Below are positions 35,486 to 44,500 of a stretch of DNA of 64,000 bases, one piece after another. The notes under the pieces are model-generated. The model saw only the letters and a list, made by a program, of their open reading frames with translations, made no database searches and was not told the DNA's origin. The stretch covers positions 1 to 64,000 of the IMG/VR virus record IMGVR_UViG_3300024259_000010. One strand, written 5' to 3'. The position numbers and the translations under genes are program-made. Every line of letters starts with the position of its first letter. Position 1 is the first letter of the stretch.

Positions 35486-35932
35486 ATGGACACAGCACTT
35501 GGTAGTAAACTCATGGAATACGTAGCCCTCACCGATGGTTATATGTTTCAGGAACGACTGGAAGTAGTAGGAGTTACGTTATTTGAAAACCGTTCATTCG
35601 GGAAACATCTAACTAACCTTGCTAGGAAACTCCAGGTAGCAATCGATCTTCCAAATGATGATCGTGTACACCAATCTTTTCATGGTGGACCTGCTACGGT
35701 TGATGCGTATCGTGCTATTAATAAGCACTTAATGAAACATCTTAATGATTGGGTGACGCAAAAGTCCGATCATGTAGATGTTGATGGTACACCATGTCAC
35801 TCACATGAGGAAGTCATGGATGTAGCTTTTATGAAGTTAATAGGCAATAGATGTTGTAGGGAAGATTCACTCAACCTTGCAATAGATACGGTCGATGCTT
35901 TAAACGAGCTGAAGTCACTCATTAATCTTTAA
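35486..35932 (+). CDS. Hypothetical protein
   Basis: 148 aa, AGGAG RBS. Confidence 0.8.
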   Translation: MDTALGSKLMEYVALTDGYMFQERLEVVGVTLFENRSFGKHLTNLARKLQVAIDLPNDDRVHQSFHGGPATVDAYRAINKHLMKHLNDWVTQKSDHVDVDGTPCHSHEEVMDVAFMKLIGNRCCREDSLNLAIDTVDALNELKSLINL

Positions 35933-35951
35933 CATTAGAAAGGATGTTAAA

Positions 35952-36392
35952 ATGAATATGTTCAAACCTGTACGTCATGCAATTCAGCATGTCTTGAAGG
36001 ATAGCCCTATCGGTGGTGAATGGGCTATAGTAGTTGTCTCAATATGGGGTAACATTGAGTTGATGTATTCCACTGGAATGTCAACCGGTGAAGCTCATGG
36101 GCTTCTAACAATCGATGATCGTTGTAAAGCTAAACCTGATTCACTTCAGGAACTTGCCGCACCGATCTCCGATCGCATTGGTGAATTGAATCTTGACAAC
36201 CTTGATGGGGTTGCTGAGTTCATCGATGAATTGAAGGAAATTGCTTACTATCGGATAATCCGATTAAGTAGAGATACTATCTCTACAAGAAGTAAATTTC
36301 TCTTTGATGAGGATGATGCGAATAAGCTTCACGCTGATGTACTTAAATGTATATCAAATTCGCATACTTCACGAGATTATATTAAAATATAA
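35952..36392 (+). CDS. Hypothetical protein
   Basis: 146 aa, AAGGA RBS. Confidence 0.8.
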   Translation: MNMFKPVRHAIQHVLKDSPIGGEWAIVVVSIWGNIELMYSTGMSTGEAHGLLTIDDRCKAKPDSLQELAAPISDRIGELNLDNLDGVAEFIDELKEIAYYRIIRLSRDTISTRSKFLFDEDDANKLHADVLKCISNSHTSRDYIKI

Positions 36393-36444
36393 TCTCAAAC
36401 TAAAAGAACTTTCGGGTTCTTTTTTTTCATTTATCTTATGGATA

Positions 36445-36452
36445 TATATTAC
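36445..36452 (+). promoter_or_regulatory. Early promoter TATATTAC
   Basis: Exact motif after a UUCG terminator. Confidence 0.8.
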
Positions 36453-36494
36453 ATTAATGTATTGTAAATAAAACATTTATTGAAAGGGATGTTT

Positions 36495-37094
36495 ATGAAA
36501 GTTAATCACAATGTATTTGAATTAAGAAATTTCTGCTTACCGTATTATGAAAAGAATGATGCAGGTCATGACATCAGACATGCTGATCGTGTAGCAGAAG
36601 AAGTTGGTTATATTGCAGCATTATGTAACTGTGATCCAAACATGACAGAGCTTGCATTATATGCGGCTTACTTACACGACACACAGGTTCATGTGGATAG
36701 AGAGAGTCATCATCTTCTAGGTTATGATTTTATTATGAAGAATCCTGATATTCCAGTCCTTAAAGAAATGTCTCTTGTTAAGAGAAATATGATAGGTCGA
36801 GCTGTACTTGAACATCGTGCATCTAGAATTGAAGATTTCTATACGTCGGATGTTTCTATCTTATTAGCATGTGCTGATAAAGGTCGTCCTAACTATAAAG
36901 AATCTCGTAGACGCTGTACTGCTTATAATGAAGAACAAGGTCTGAAAGGTTTTGAATTAGGTTGTGCTGTAACTAAACATCTGAGAGAGAAGTATGGTAC
37001 AGGAGGATATGCTAAGTATCCAGAGTTGTATCACGAAATCTATTCAGTGCAGTTACGTGAATTTCAAGAAAAGATTGATAATTGGAGAAGTTAA
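36495..37094 (+). CDS. HD-domain phosphohydrolase
   Basis: AGHDIRH, AAYLHD, EHRAS, LACAD. Confidence 0.85.
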   Translation: MKVNHNVFELRNFCLPYYEKNDAGHDIRHADRVAEEVGYIAALCNCDPNMTELALYAAYLHDTQVHVDRESHHLLGYDFIMKNPDIPVLKEMSLVKRNMIGRAVLEHRASRIEDFYTSDVSILLACADKGRPNYKESRRRCTAYNEEQGLKGFELGCAVTKHLREKYGTGGYAKYPELYHEIYSVQLREFQEKIDNWRS

Positions 37095-37095
37095 T

Positions 37096-37311
37096 ATGAG
37101 CGTGGAAATAATTGATCCCGATGGGGTATTAGATCTAAAGTTCAAGTGTCCTAAGTGTGGTAGTTCCAAATTCGGAACAGGTGAGATAGATGATAAGAGT
37201 ACTGGGTATTGCCATGGTGATATAAACGATAGAATGAAATGTCGTTATACATGGGAACGTCCAAAGGATGACGATAAAGTTTTTGTCAAGAAAGATAAGT
37301 CAGATGAATGA
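37096..37311 (+). CDS. Small Zn-ribbon protein
   Basis: KCPKCG...C...C. Confidence 0.65.
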   Translation: MSVEIIDPDGVLDLKFKCPKCGSSKFGTGEIDDKSTGYCHGDINDRMKCRYTWERPKDDDKVFVKKDKSDE

Positions 37312-37711
37312 TGAATCCAAGAAGAAGATTAAAGTATTAGTACTTGGCACAGCACATGACATGCATAGTAAGATAATTGAAGCTATCTCTTCTATTAAGG
37401 ATGAACCTGAAATTATATTTAGGGATAATATTAAGGAAGCAGAACTTCTGGAACTGAAACCTGATTATGCATTCTTTGATAGATTCAATGGTGAGATATC
37501 TGAGTCTTTAAAGAAACATATGGGTGGAGAGAAAGAAGACCTTGTAACCCCACGTGACTTTGATAGCACTCCATCTGAAATGACATTGACATGTGACAAT
37601 GCACGGATACAAGATGATAATGATATCTTAGAGGATTCCACTGCTTACTTGCGTAACTTTAATAATAAGAAAAAGAAGAATCATAACTTTAAGAAAAAAG
37701 GAAGACGATGA
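37304..37711 (+). CDS. Hypothetical protein
   Basis: Coupled ORF. Confidence 0.7.
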   Translation: MNDESKKKIKVLVLGTAHDMHSKIIEAISSIKDEPEIIFRDNIKEAELLELKPDYAFFDRFNGEISESLKKHMGGEKEDLVTPRDFDSTPSEMTLTCDNARIQDDNDILEDSTAYLRNFNNKKKKNHNFKKKGRR

Positions 37712-38358
37712 AATTTAATTTTGTATTAGATATTAGTAACACTGTATTACAATGTGGTAGGGTAAAAATGGCACCACTTACAAGTATTGAAGTACTTGTA
37801 GCGGATGGTTTTACTATGCATATTAATAGTGGTAATATTACACACATTGAACAGAGTAATGACAGACCGTCTATTGTAACTGGTAACCATTGTGTTGCAC
37901 GTTGTATTGTTGATTTCAATCATGCAACATTTCACAATATGTTATGGATGGTAAAGAATCTCCTTGGTAAAGAATTTGAAGAGTGTGATAATACTGTTTC
38001 AAGAATAGTATTACAATTATCTGATGATGAATATATCCATATGCTACAGCATTTTGTAGACACTAAATACATTGGAGAGTTTATCCCCGATTATGGTAAT
38101 GTGTATCGTGATAGAATCAAATTGATTTTCCAGAACTTTGATTTCTACCTAAATGATAGAGATCATCATGTGGCAGTAGTTGAACATGAGGTACCTATTG
38201 ATTATAATGGTACCAAATTAAATGAGTTTATAGAAGAGGCAACTTCACATATGAGTGATCCATTATCACCATTGTTTATCATTCCTTCTAAGAACTTTAA
38301 CCGCTGGGATCTTATGAACCAGATTCGTGATAACTGTGAAAAGGAAGAAACAACATGA
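37708..38358 (+). CDS. Hypothetical protein
   Basis: 216 aa, ATGA overlap. Confidence 0.8.
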   Translation: MKFNFVLDISNTVLQCGRVKMAPLTSIEVLVADGFTMHINSGNITHIEQSNDRPSIVTGNHCVARCIVDFNHATFHNMLWMVKNLLGKEFEECDNTVSRIVLQLSDDEYIHMLQHFVDTKYIGEFIPDYGNVYRDRIKLIFQNFDFYLNDRDHHVAVVEHEVPIDYNGTKLNEFIEEATSHMSDPLSPLFIIPSKNFNRWDLMNQIRDNCEKEETT

Positions 38359-38744
38359 CATGTGTAAATGAAAAAGATTATGTAAGGGGTCAGTCATTTG
38401 GTTCTATCGTCCCAGTAGATGAGAATGGTAGAAGAGTTACACGAACTAAAATTACTCACCCATATTCATATGCTGGGTTTGTACAAGAACGTGTTCTCCC
38501 TCAGGAAGAAGCTACTGCTACAGTTTATACTGACAGGCTTCTTGAGTGGGATTATGACTTAACTCGTAAATTACAGAAAGAACATTTTGGTAATGATGGT
38601 GACTACTACGACAAGAGAAGCGCTGCCAAGATCCAAGAGTTCCTTCGTGAACGTTTAACACGACCTACTATTGAAGTAGTATGTGTTATGGAATATTGTA
38701 ATCAATCAACTGGTTATCCAACATGGAGAATCGACTATAAATAA
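38355..38744 (+). CDS. Phage hypothetical protein
   Basis: 129 aa, ATGA overlap. Confidence 0.8.
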   Translation: MTCVNEKDYVRGQSFGSIVPVDENGRRVTRTKITHPYSYAGFVQERVLPQEEATATVYTDRLLEWDYDLTRKLQKEHFGNDGDYYDKRSAAKIQEFLRERLTRPTIEVVCVMEYCNQSTGYPTWRIDYK

Positions 38745-39039
38745 TCCATTCCTTAGTTATTATTATATGTGACTTTTACAAATAATAGTAATTTTGAATG
38801 GATTGATTATGTGGACGAAAAAGGAAAAGATATATTTGTCATTTATGTGGACACTTATATTAGTAGGCGGTATATATTTAATAGTGAGATGTTATGAGAT
38901 TTCCAAGGCTGAATCTTGGGAAGCATTACAATCGGAGGTTTCTAAATAAATATAATATCCATAGGGTATAGAGCATTTGCTATATACCCTATTTTAAATT
39001 TAATATCATCAAGTATGAATAAAAAGGAAAATAAGTAAA

Positions 39040-39531
39040 ATGATTATAAGATCTGATAATCCAATTGTAAATGTCATTAATAACAATAAAGGATTTAAAA
39101 CTTTTGGTGAAATTATGGTTGCAGTGGCATCACATAAAACAGCCAAGATTGAAAAATGGCGTATGTCATGTGATATGCCTAATGTGGATATCGAGATTCA
39201 TGTTAATCCTGATTGGTCTGATAAGTTTGAAATGAAACCTATCCAGTGTAAATATATGATGGATGGTGAAATGCAAGATGTTGAATTACAATCTCTTGTG
39301 TCAAGTGTTATTGACCCGTTTGAATTTCCTAATGGTACAGAGTTGAAAGATAACGAGATGTTCATGGAAATGATCAAAGCCCATGTTGAATATCTCAAAC
39401 AGTTCTCAATCTTCTTTGATGAGATTGTGGATATCGAATGCCCGTTTGTTAATGAAAATGCAATGGGTGAATTCTGTAGTGCATTGCGGATATTCCTGGA
39501 CTTTGACTACGTCCGTGGAATGGGACATTAA
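39040..39531 (+). CDS. Hypothetical protein
   Basis: 163 aa. Confidence 0.75.
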   Translation: MIIRSDNPIVNVINNNKGFKTFGEIMVAVASHKTAKIEKWRMSCDMPNVDIEIHVNPDWSDKFEMKPIQCKYMMDGEMQDVELQSLVSSVIDPFEFPNGTELKDNEMFMEMIKAHVEYLKQFSIFFDEIVDIECPFVNENAMGEFCSALRIFLDFDYVRGMGH

Positions 39532-39592
39532 ACGACATTATATAGTAACTTTATATAAAAGTAAACAGCCTAAATATAAAAAGGAAAAAGAA

Positions 39593-39769
39593 ATGAGTCT
39601 AGGTGGTCAGTTAAGAAAAGGTGATGTATTGTTGTGCTTCCATCCTACGTGCCCTAAGTGCATTAGTAAAGATGGTATCTGTACTATTGGTACACCCAAG
39701 TGTCGTGACATTGTCAAAACAGTTAAAGAAGGCATAGCTCTTAAAGAAAAAATAGAAGCTATGGCATGA
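39593..39769 (+). CDS. Small Cys-rich protein (58 aa)
   Basis: AAGGA RBS. Confidence 0.6.
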   Translation: MSLGGQLRKGDVLLCFHPTCPKCISKDGICTIGTPKCRDIVKTVKEGIALKEKIEAMA

Positions 39770-39821
39770 TATTTTAAAAATATAAATCGTAATATTATAA
39801 AGATTTAAATAGTACGATATT

Positions 39822-39899
39822 GCCCCGGTAGCTCAGTTGGATAGCAGCAACGGCCTTCTAAGCCGTAGGTCACTGGTTCGAGTCCAGTTCGGGGTACCA
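39822..39899 (+). tRNA. tRNA-Arg(UCU)
   Basis: Acceptor GCCCCGG/TCGGGGT, anticodon arm ACGGC-CTTCTAA-GCCGT, TTCGA T loop, encoded CCA. Confidence 0.93.
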
Positions 39900-39967
39900 A
39901 AATATTATGCTAAGTATATATACCTTCTAACGAGGGTATATATATTTTTTTATAAAAAGGAGTTATA

Positions 39968-40717
39968 ATGATTGTAGATATTTTTTGTAGAACATGTGAT
40001 AAAGATGTTAAATGGTTAGAGTTGTCATTACCTTCATGGATTCATTTTTTTAAAGGATATAGATCTATAAAGATTGTTGGTATTGAAAATGAATGTTGTA
40101 AAATTAAACGAATATGTGATATGTATAATGTTGAATTTGTACCAGATAATAATAGTGCCGTTATTCAAGATGGTAACATTAATCATCAGTATTCTAAATT
40201 ATGTGCCGATTTATTAACTGATGCATCATATGTGTTATTTATGAATAGTGTTACATTCTGCTATGAAGAGATTGATATTAATACGCATATTATAAATGAC
40301 AAGCCTATAGTTCAGTATTGTAACTGGGATAAAAGATTTAGGGGATATGTTTGGTGTAAACCAACTTGTGAATTTATGAAAATAGATACGCCTTATAATT
40401 TTATGTGTAATATGCCGTTTATATATCCAACAAGTGTGATACGTGACACACGTAAATATATAGAAGATGTTAATTGTAAAAAGTTAGTTGATCTATTAAA
40501 AAATGTGAAAGAAAGTATTGGTGGTGTTAGTGAATATAATTTATTAGGTTGTTATGCTTATCTATTTTGTAACGATATGTTTAATTGGATAAATATAGTT
40601 GAAGATAATGAGATATTTACTGGATTACACGATTTTTTTAAATTTGGTAGCTTAAACCAAATAAAAGAATTTAATTATGTATCTATAGAAGAAAGAGAAT
40701 CAGAACATGGATATTAA
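39968..40717 (+). CDS. Glycosyltransferase-like protein (DUF6492-like, DxD degenerate)
   Basis: IFCRTCDKD..WL, QYSKLCAD, VLFMNSV and SEYNLLG patterns; family call from recall. Confidence 0.55.
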   Translation: MIVDIFCRTCDKDVKWLELSLPSWIHFFKGYRSIKIVGIENECCKIKRICDMYNVEFVPDNNSAVIQDGNINHQYSKLCADLLTDASYVLFMNSVTFCYEEIDINTHIINDKPIVQYCNWDKRFRGYVWCKPTCEFMKIDTPYNFMCNMPFIYPTSVIRDTRKYIEDVNCKKLVDLLKNVKESIGGVSEYNLLGCYAYLFCNDMFNWINIVEDNEIFTGLHDFFKFGSLNQIKEFNYVSIEERESEHGY

Positions 40718-41207
40718 AAAACCTAATGATATACAAGTAGGAATACATGTAGAATCAAAACAAGCTATATGTGATCAACGTATATTACATGTAGCTAGTG
40801 ATATTGCTGGGTGGAGTAAAAATAGAAAACGCAAAGTTGGATGTGTTATTACTAATGATAGAGGTGATGTAGTGTCCACAGGATGTAATGGATTTCCTAG
40901 AGGTATTGATGATAATATTGAAGAACGCCATATATCACCATTAAAACATCTATTTGTTGAACATGCAGAACGCAACGCTATTTATAATGCCGCTGCTGCT
41001 GGATCAGCCGTGAGAGACTGTACTCTCTATTCCACATTATACCCATGTGCCGAATGCGCTAAAGCTATTATACAATCTAGTATTAAAAGACTTGTGACTT
41101 ATCCACCTGATTGGGATGATAAAAGATATAAAGAATCATTTGCTGTATCAAAACAAATGTTCGATGAAGTTGGAATTGAGATAACCTTCTATGACGTACC
41201 TCAGTAA
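40707..41207 (+). CDS. dCMP deaminase
   Basis: KVGCVI, GCNGFPRG, HAERNA, PCAECAKAIIQ. Confidence 0.95.
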   Translation: MDIKKPNDIQVGIHVESKQAICDQRILHVASDIAGWSKNRKRKVGCVITNDRGDVVSTGCNGFPRGIDDNIEERHISPLKHLFVEHAERNAIYNAAAAGSAVRDCTLYSTLYPCAECAKAIIQSSIKRLVTYPPDWDDKRYKESFAVSKQMFDEVGIEITFYDVPQ

Positions 41208-41217
41208 ATTATAAGCA

Positions 41218-41225
41218 TATATTAC
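41218..41225 (+). promoter_or_regulatory. Early promoter TATATTAC
   Basis: Exact motif, intergenic. Confidence 0.8.
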
Positions 41226-41261
41226 CTTATTGAATAAACTAAATTTAAATAAGGAGAATAT

Positions 41262-41468
41262 ATGAAACTTACAGGTGAGTATGTCTGTCGCCGTGAAGGA
41301 TTCCTTCACTATGTTATTTTACTCGAAGTGATTAATAACAACAGTAAGGGATATATGCAATTAAGCAAGATCCCAAGTCGTGTATTAGCCGATCCTGATA
41401 ATGCAGATGCATGTCAGTTGATATTATGTACCGCTGTAAAAGAAGCTAGAAGTAAAGGATTACTATGA
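41262..41468 (+). CDS. Hypothetical protein
   Basis: 68 aa, AAGGAG RBS. Confidence 0.75.
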   Translation: MKLTGEYVCRREGFLHYVILLEVINNNSKGYMQLSKIPSRVLADPDNADACQLILCTAVKEARSKGLL

Positions 41469-41791
41469 GTAAACAATTAGATTTATTTCAGAAAGAAGTT
41501 CCTAAGCCAGAGGTTGTTATTAGTGATGAACAATTCATTGCCAATAAGGACAAGCCTTATAATTGGGACCCTGCTCTTAAACGTGTTCGTGAAATAACAT
41601 TTGCCAGCACTGTACCTATGCGTGAAGCGATTCACCAAGTGGCAGTTGAATTTGATGTAGATCATCATGACCTAGCTAAGGTTATGAATCATCGTAGTCA
41701 GGAAAGTAAAAAGATTGCTAAGTCCATTAAGGACAGAAACAATCATCTACCACAATGGCGTCTTGATCAAATTCAAAATGAAGACGATTAA
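41465..41791 (+). CDS. Hypothetical protein
   Basis: 108 aa, ATGA overlap. Confidence 0.75.
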   Translation: MSKQLDLFQKEVPKPEVVISDEQFIANKDKPYNWDPALKRVREITFASTVPMREAIHQVAVEFDVDHHDLAKVMNHRSQESKKIAKSIKDRNNHLPQWRLDQIQNEDD

Positions 41792-41900
41792 TTTAAAAAC
41801 GCTGATGATTAGAGATAGTCGGTCAGCCCGTCCCATAAAAACTGACGGTCATAGGTAAAATTGTAGGTGAGTAGTTGCCCTACTACAAAAATAAAGAAGA

Positions 41901-41932
41901 AGAGAGAGTGATGATCAACTCTCTCTTTTTTT
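41901..41932 (+). terminator. Rho-independent terminator
   Basis: AGAGAGAGT/ACTCTCTCT plus poly-T. Confidence 0.8.
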
Positions 41933-41997
41933 TCATTATCTTTATAAACATATATTATTTAAATGTAAGCCAATCGCAATTATTTATAAGGGAGCAG

Positions 41998-42435
41998 ATG
42001 AAACAGAAGATAGAGAATCACACAACGTATATATTAGATAAGATCGATCAACTATCACATGACTGTATGTATAGTCCAGTAGTAACGATGGATGACATAC
42101 GATTCGGAGAATATTTAGCACAAGTATCACTTTCTTTAGAACAGAACATGGATCTGTACTTAGGTACAGTAGAGTTTGGTCAGACAGAAGAAATTGAACC
42201 AGAATATGCATTGAAACTACAAGCGATGCAAACAGTATACCGCGCTTGCTCAAGAGTAGGTGGAAGTATACGAATATATAACTTAACTGACGATAACGTT
42301 ATGATTAATAAGTTATATTCTTATTTGAACATATCTTGTTTAGGTCTTGATCTAAATGAAGTTCGGATAGAAAAAATAGAAATAGATAAGAAGATAACAT
42401 ATATCCAAATTACAAATTTAAGGGAAAAACTATGA
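41998..42435 (+). CDS. Hypothetical protein
   Basis: GGGAG RBS before ATG 41998. Confidence 0.7.
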   Translation: MKQKIENHTTYILDKIDQLSHDCMYSPVVTMDDIRFGEYLAQVSLSLEQNMDLYLGTVEFGQTEEIEPEYALKLQAMQTVYRACSRVGGSIRIYNLTDDNVMINKLYSYLNISCLGLDLNEVRIEKIEIDKKITYIQITNLREKL

Positions 42436-42854
42436 TAACTACTGGTAAACAAATAAGACCATTTAAATTAAACTTTAAGACTGATACGCCTATTGCTCAA
42501 TCGAGTACTGGCGCAACATTAATATATCCAAAACATGTAATGGCATCAGCTATCAAACAAGAATTCGTTGGTGGTAAGTTAGCTATCTATTCTCAATTTG
42601 ATCAGAACTCTTTACAGATGTCTGAGAAAGTATCTGTTGCCGATGCACAGATGCAACATCTTATTGGATATGTTGAAGAGTTCAAAATAGAAGAAGATGG
42701 TACAGTTAACTTCAATGCTGATTGCTCCCATACAATTCTACAGATAGATACTGATGAAGTATATGCTATCACTATGATAGGAACACCTGATACAGGACCA
42801 GTTCGAACTGTACAGAATGTTAAAATTGTATGTTTAGTTTTATCTAAGAAATAA
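42432..42854 (+). CDS. Hypothetical protein
   Basis: 140 aa. Confidence 0.75.
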   Translation: MITTGKQIRPFKLNFKTDTPIAQSSTGATLIYPKHVMASAIKQEFVGGKLAIYSQFDQNSLQMSEKVSVADAQMQHLIGYVEEFKIEEDGTVNFNADCSHTILQIDTDEVYAITMIGTPDTGPVRTVQNVKIVCLVLSKK

Positions 42855-42855
42855 T

Positions 42856-43311
42856 ATGAGTAAACATGAATGTGTAGGTGAGATATTTGGGAGGATAGAT
42901 GAATTTGATTCCTCTTTGAATATGGTAACATATGTGGTAGGAGAATCACCTAGTCTATCAGCAGCAGAAAAGTTAAGTGTTCTTAGTGTTATAGAATATA
43001 TTAAGAAAGTTAACAGAGCATTAGGAAGTGATATTTATAAATCTAAATTTGTAAGTATTAAAGAAGAAGACTTTGATCATATGAGATCTCTCACAGAAAC
43101 TTTCGGATTAGATCTATCTGATGAGTTTGTAGACTTCTACTCACTACCATCTATTTATATCAATGAATGTCGTGTCCGTGCAAGAGCAGTTGAGAGATCG
43201 TTTTTAAAACATGTAAAAATTAGGAAATTAGATATTGATGAGAAGTTACTAGACTTTATCAATGAGATAAATAGATTGCTATTTTTAATAGCATGTGATT
43301 TAAATAAATAA
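42856..43311 (+). CDS. PduO-type cob(I)alamin adenosyltransferase-like protein (divergent)
   Basis: GRIDEFDSSL, CRVRARAVER and FINEINRLLFLIA align with the PduO motifs GtvDElns, aRtvcRRAER and yLNRLSDllF. Confidence 0.65.
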   Translation: MSKHECVGEIFGRIDEFDSSLNMVTYVVGESPSLSAAEKLSVLSVIEYIKKVNRALGSDIYKSKFVSIKEEDFDHMRSLTETFGLDLSDEFVDFYSLPSIYINECRVRARAVERSFLKHVKIRKLDIDEKLLDFINEINRLLFLIACDLNK

Positions 43312-43326
43312 AACATAAGGGTTATA

Positions 43327-43638
43327 ATGACGCAAGAACAGAATAAATTCACAGATCAACAATATAAAGACTGGACTGATTATATTGAAACGATCACACA
43401 AACACAAATTAGAACACATGTTGCTAAACTACTCTGGTGGGTTATGTTTTCAGATTGTCCAAATAGACCTGATTATAAACAAGATAAGTGGGTGGAGTGG
43501 AAGTGTGAATTCATAAACACACCATTGGTAGATTATCTCAGTACGGTAACACATCACCTAATGACAATGTGTGCACCTGCACGTGTAATATCACATGCAA
43601 AGAAAACACTTAGGCAAATACCTACCAAAGGGGGATAA
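43327..43638 (+). CDS. Hypothetical protein
   Basis: 103 aa. Confidence 0.7.
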   Translation: MTQEQNKFTDQQYKDWTDYIETITQTQIRTHVAKLLWWVMFSDCPNRPDYKQDKWVEWKCEFINTPLVDYLSTVTHHLMTMCAPARVISHAKKTLRQIPTKGG

Positions 43639-43973
43639 TGAACACATCTTATTTTGCAATAGCTTCTAAAGATCCTAATGCAGTATCTATATCACTAGTG
43701 TCACCTAAGTTTGCAAAAGGGATACGTGAGTATAAGAAACTAGCACCCACTTCTGAGTTATTATTTAAGATAAAGAATAAATATATAACGCATGAAGAAT
43801 ATGAAGAAATTTATAATGAAGAGGTGTTGGGATTATTAGACCCTGTGGAAGTATATGCAGAATTAGGCCCAGATGCAATCATATGTTGCTGGGAAAAATC
43901 TAGCTTCTGTCATCGACATATTGTTGCACGTTGGCTAGAACATAATTTAGGAATAGAAATAACTGAAAAATAA
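43638..43973 (+). CDS. DUF488-family protein
   Basis: TSYF, LAPT..LL, CWEK..FCHRHIVA.WL. Confidence 0.8.
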   Translation: MNTSYFAIASKDPNAVSISLVSPKFAKGIREYKKLAPTSELLFKIKNKYITHEEYEEIYNEEVLGLLDPVEVYAELGPDAIICCWEKSSFCHRHIVARWLEHNLGIEITEK

Positions 43974-43991
43974 AAGGAAGCTCCAATAAGA

Positions 43992-44384
43992 ATGAAAAAA
44001 GTAATAATAGAAACACGTAAAGGCAATGTATTGTATTTACACTTCCCAACTAAATCTATCTTGAAAGTAGACAAAGTAGAGATTGAAGAAAAGTTGAAAG
44101 ACTTTATGGGAATCGTTATCACCTCTCCGTCCCATGAACGTCTATCAGGGCGTCATATGCAAATTGTTAAGACTGCTACCCGTATTGCAAAATCTACAGG
44201 TAAGCATATTAAAACAATCCTAACTCAACACAAACATGCTATTAATGTAAATGGGGTTGTGTACCATACTTATATGTTGATCAATGAAGATGTATTTAAA
44301 GATATCACATGTGAATTAACAGAAGGTGTGTTGCAAGTTCTAGAAGAAGAACAAGGTGTTACAGACGTATCACCATTTGAATAA
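43992..44384 (+). CDS. Hypothetical protein
   Basis: 130 aa. Confidence 0.75.
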   Translation: MKKVIIETRKGNVLYLHFPTKSILKVDKVEIEEKLKDFMGIVITSPSHERLSGRHMQIVKTATRIAKSTGKHIKTILTQHKHAINVNGVVYHTYMLINEDVFKDITCELTEGVLQVLEEEQGVTDVSPFE

Positions 44385-44500
44385 AGACGTAAGATATACT
44401 AGATGGGTTAATTCCCATCTAGTATATTAATTTTCACCTTATATGATATTAAAGTATTTGTTGAAATCATATTACGAAAGAAATAAATAAAAGGAATAAT

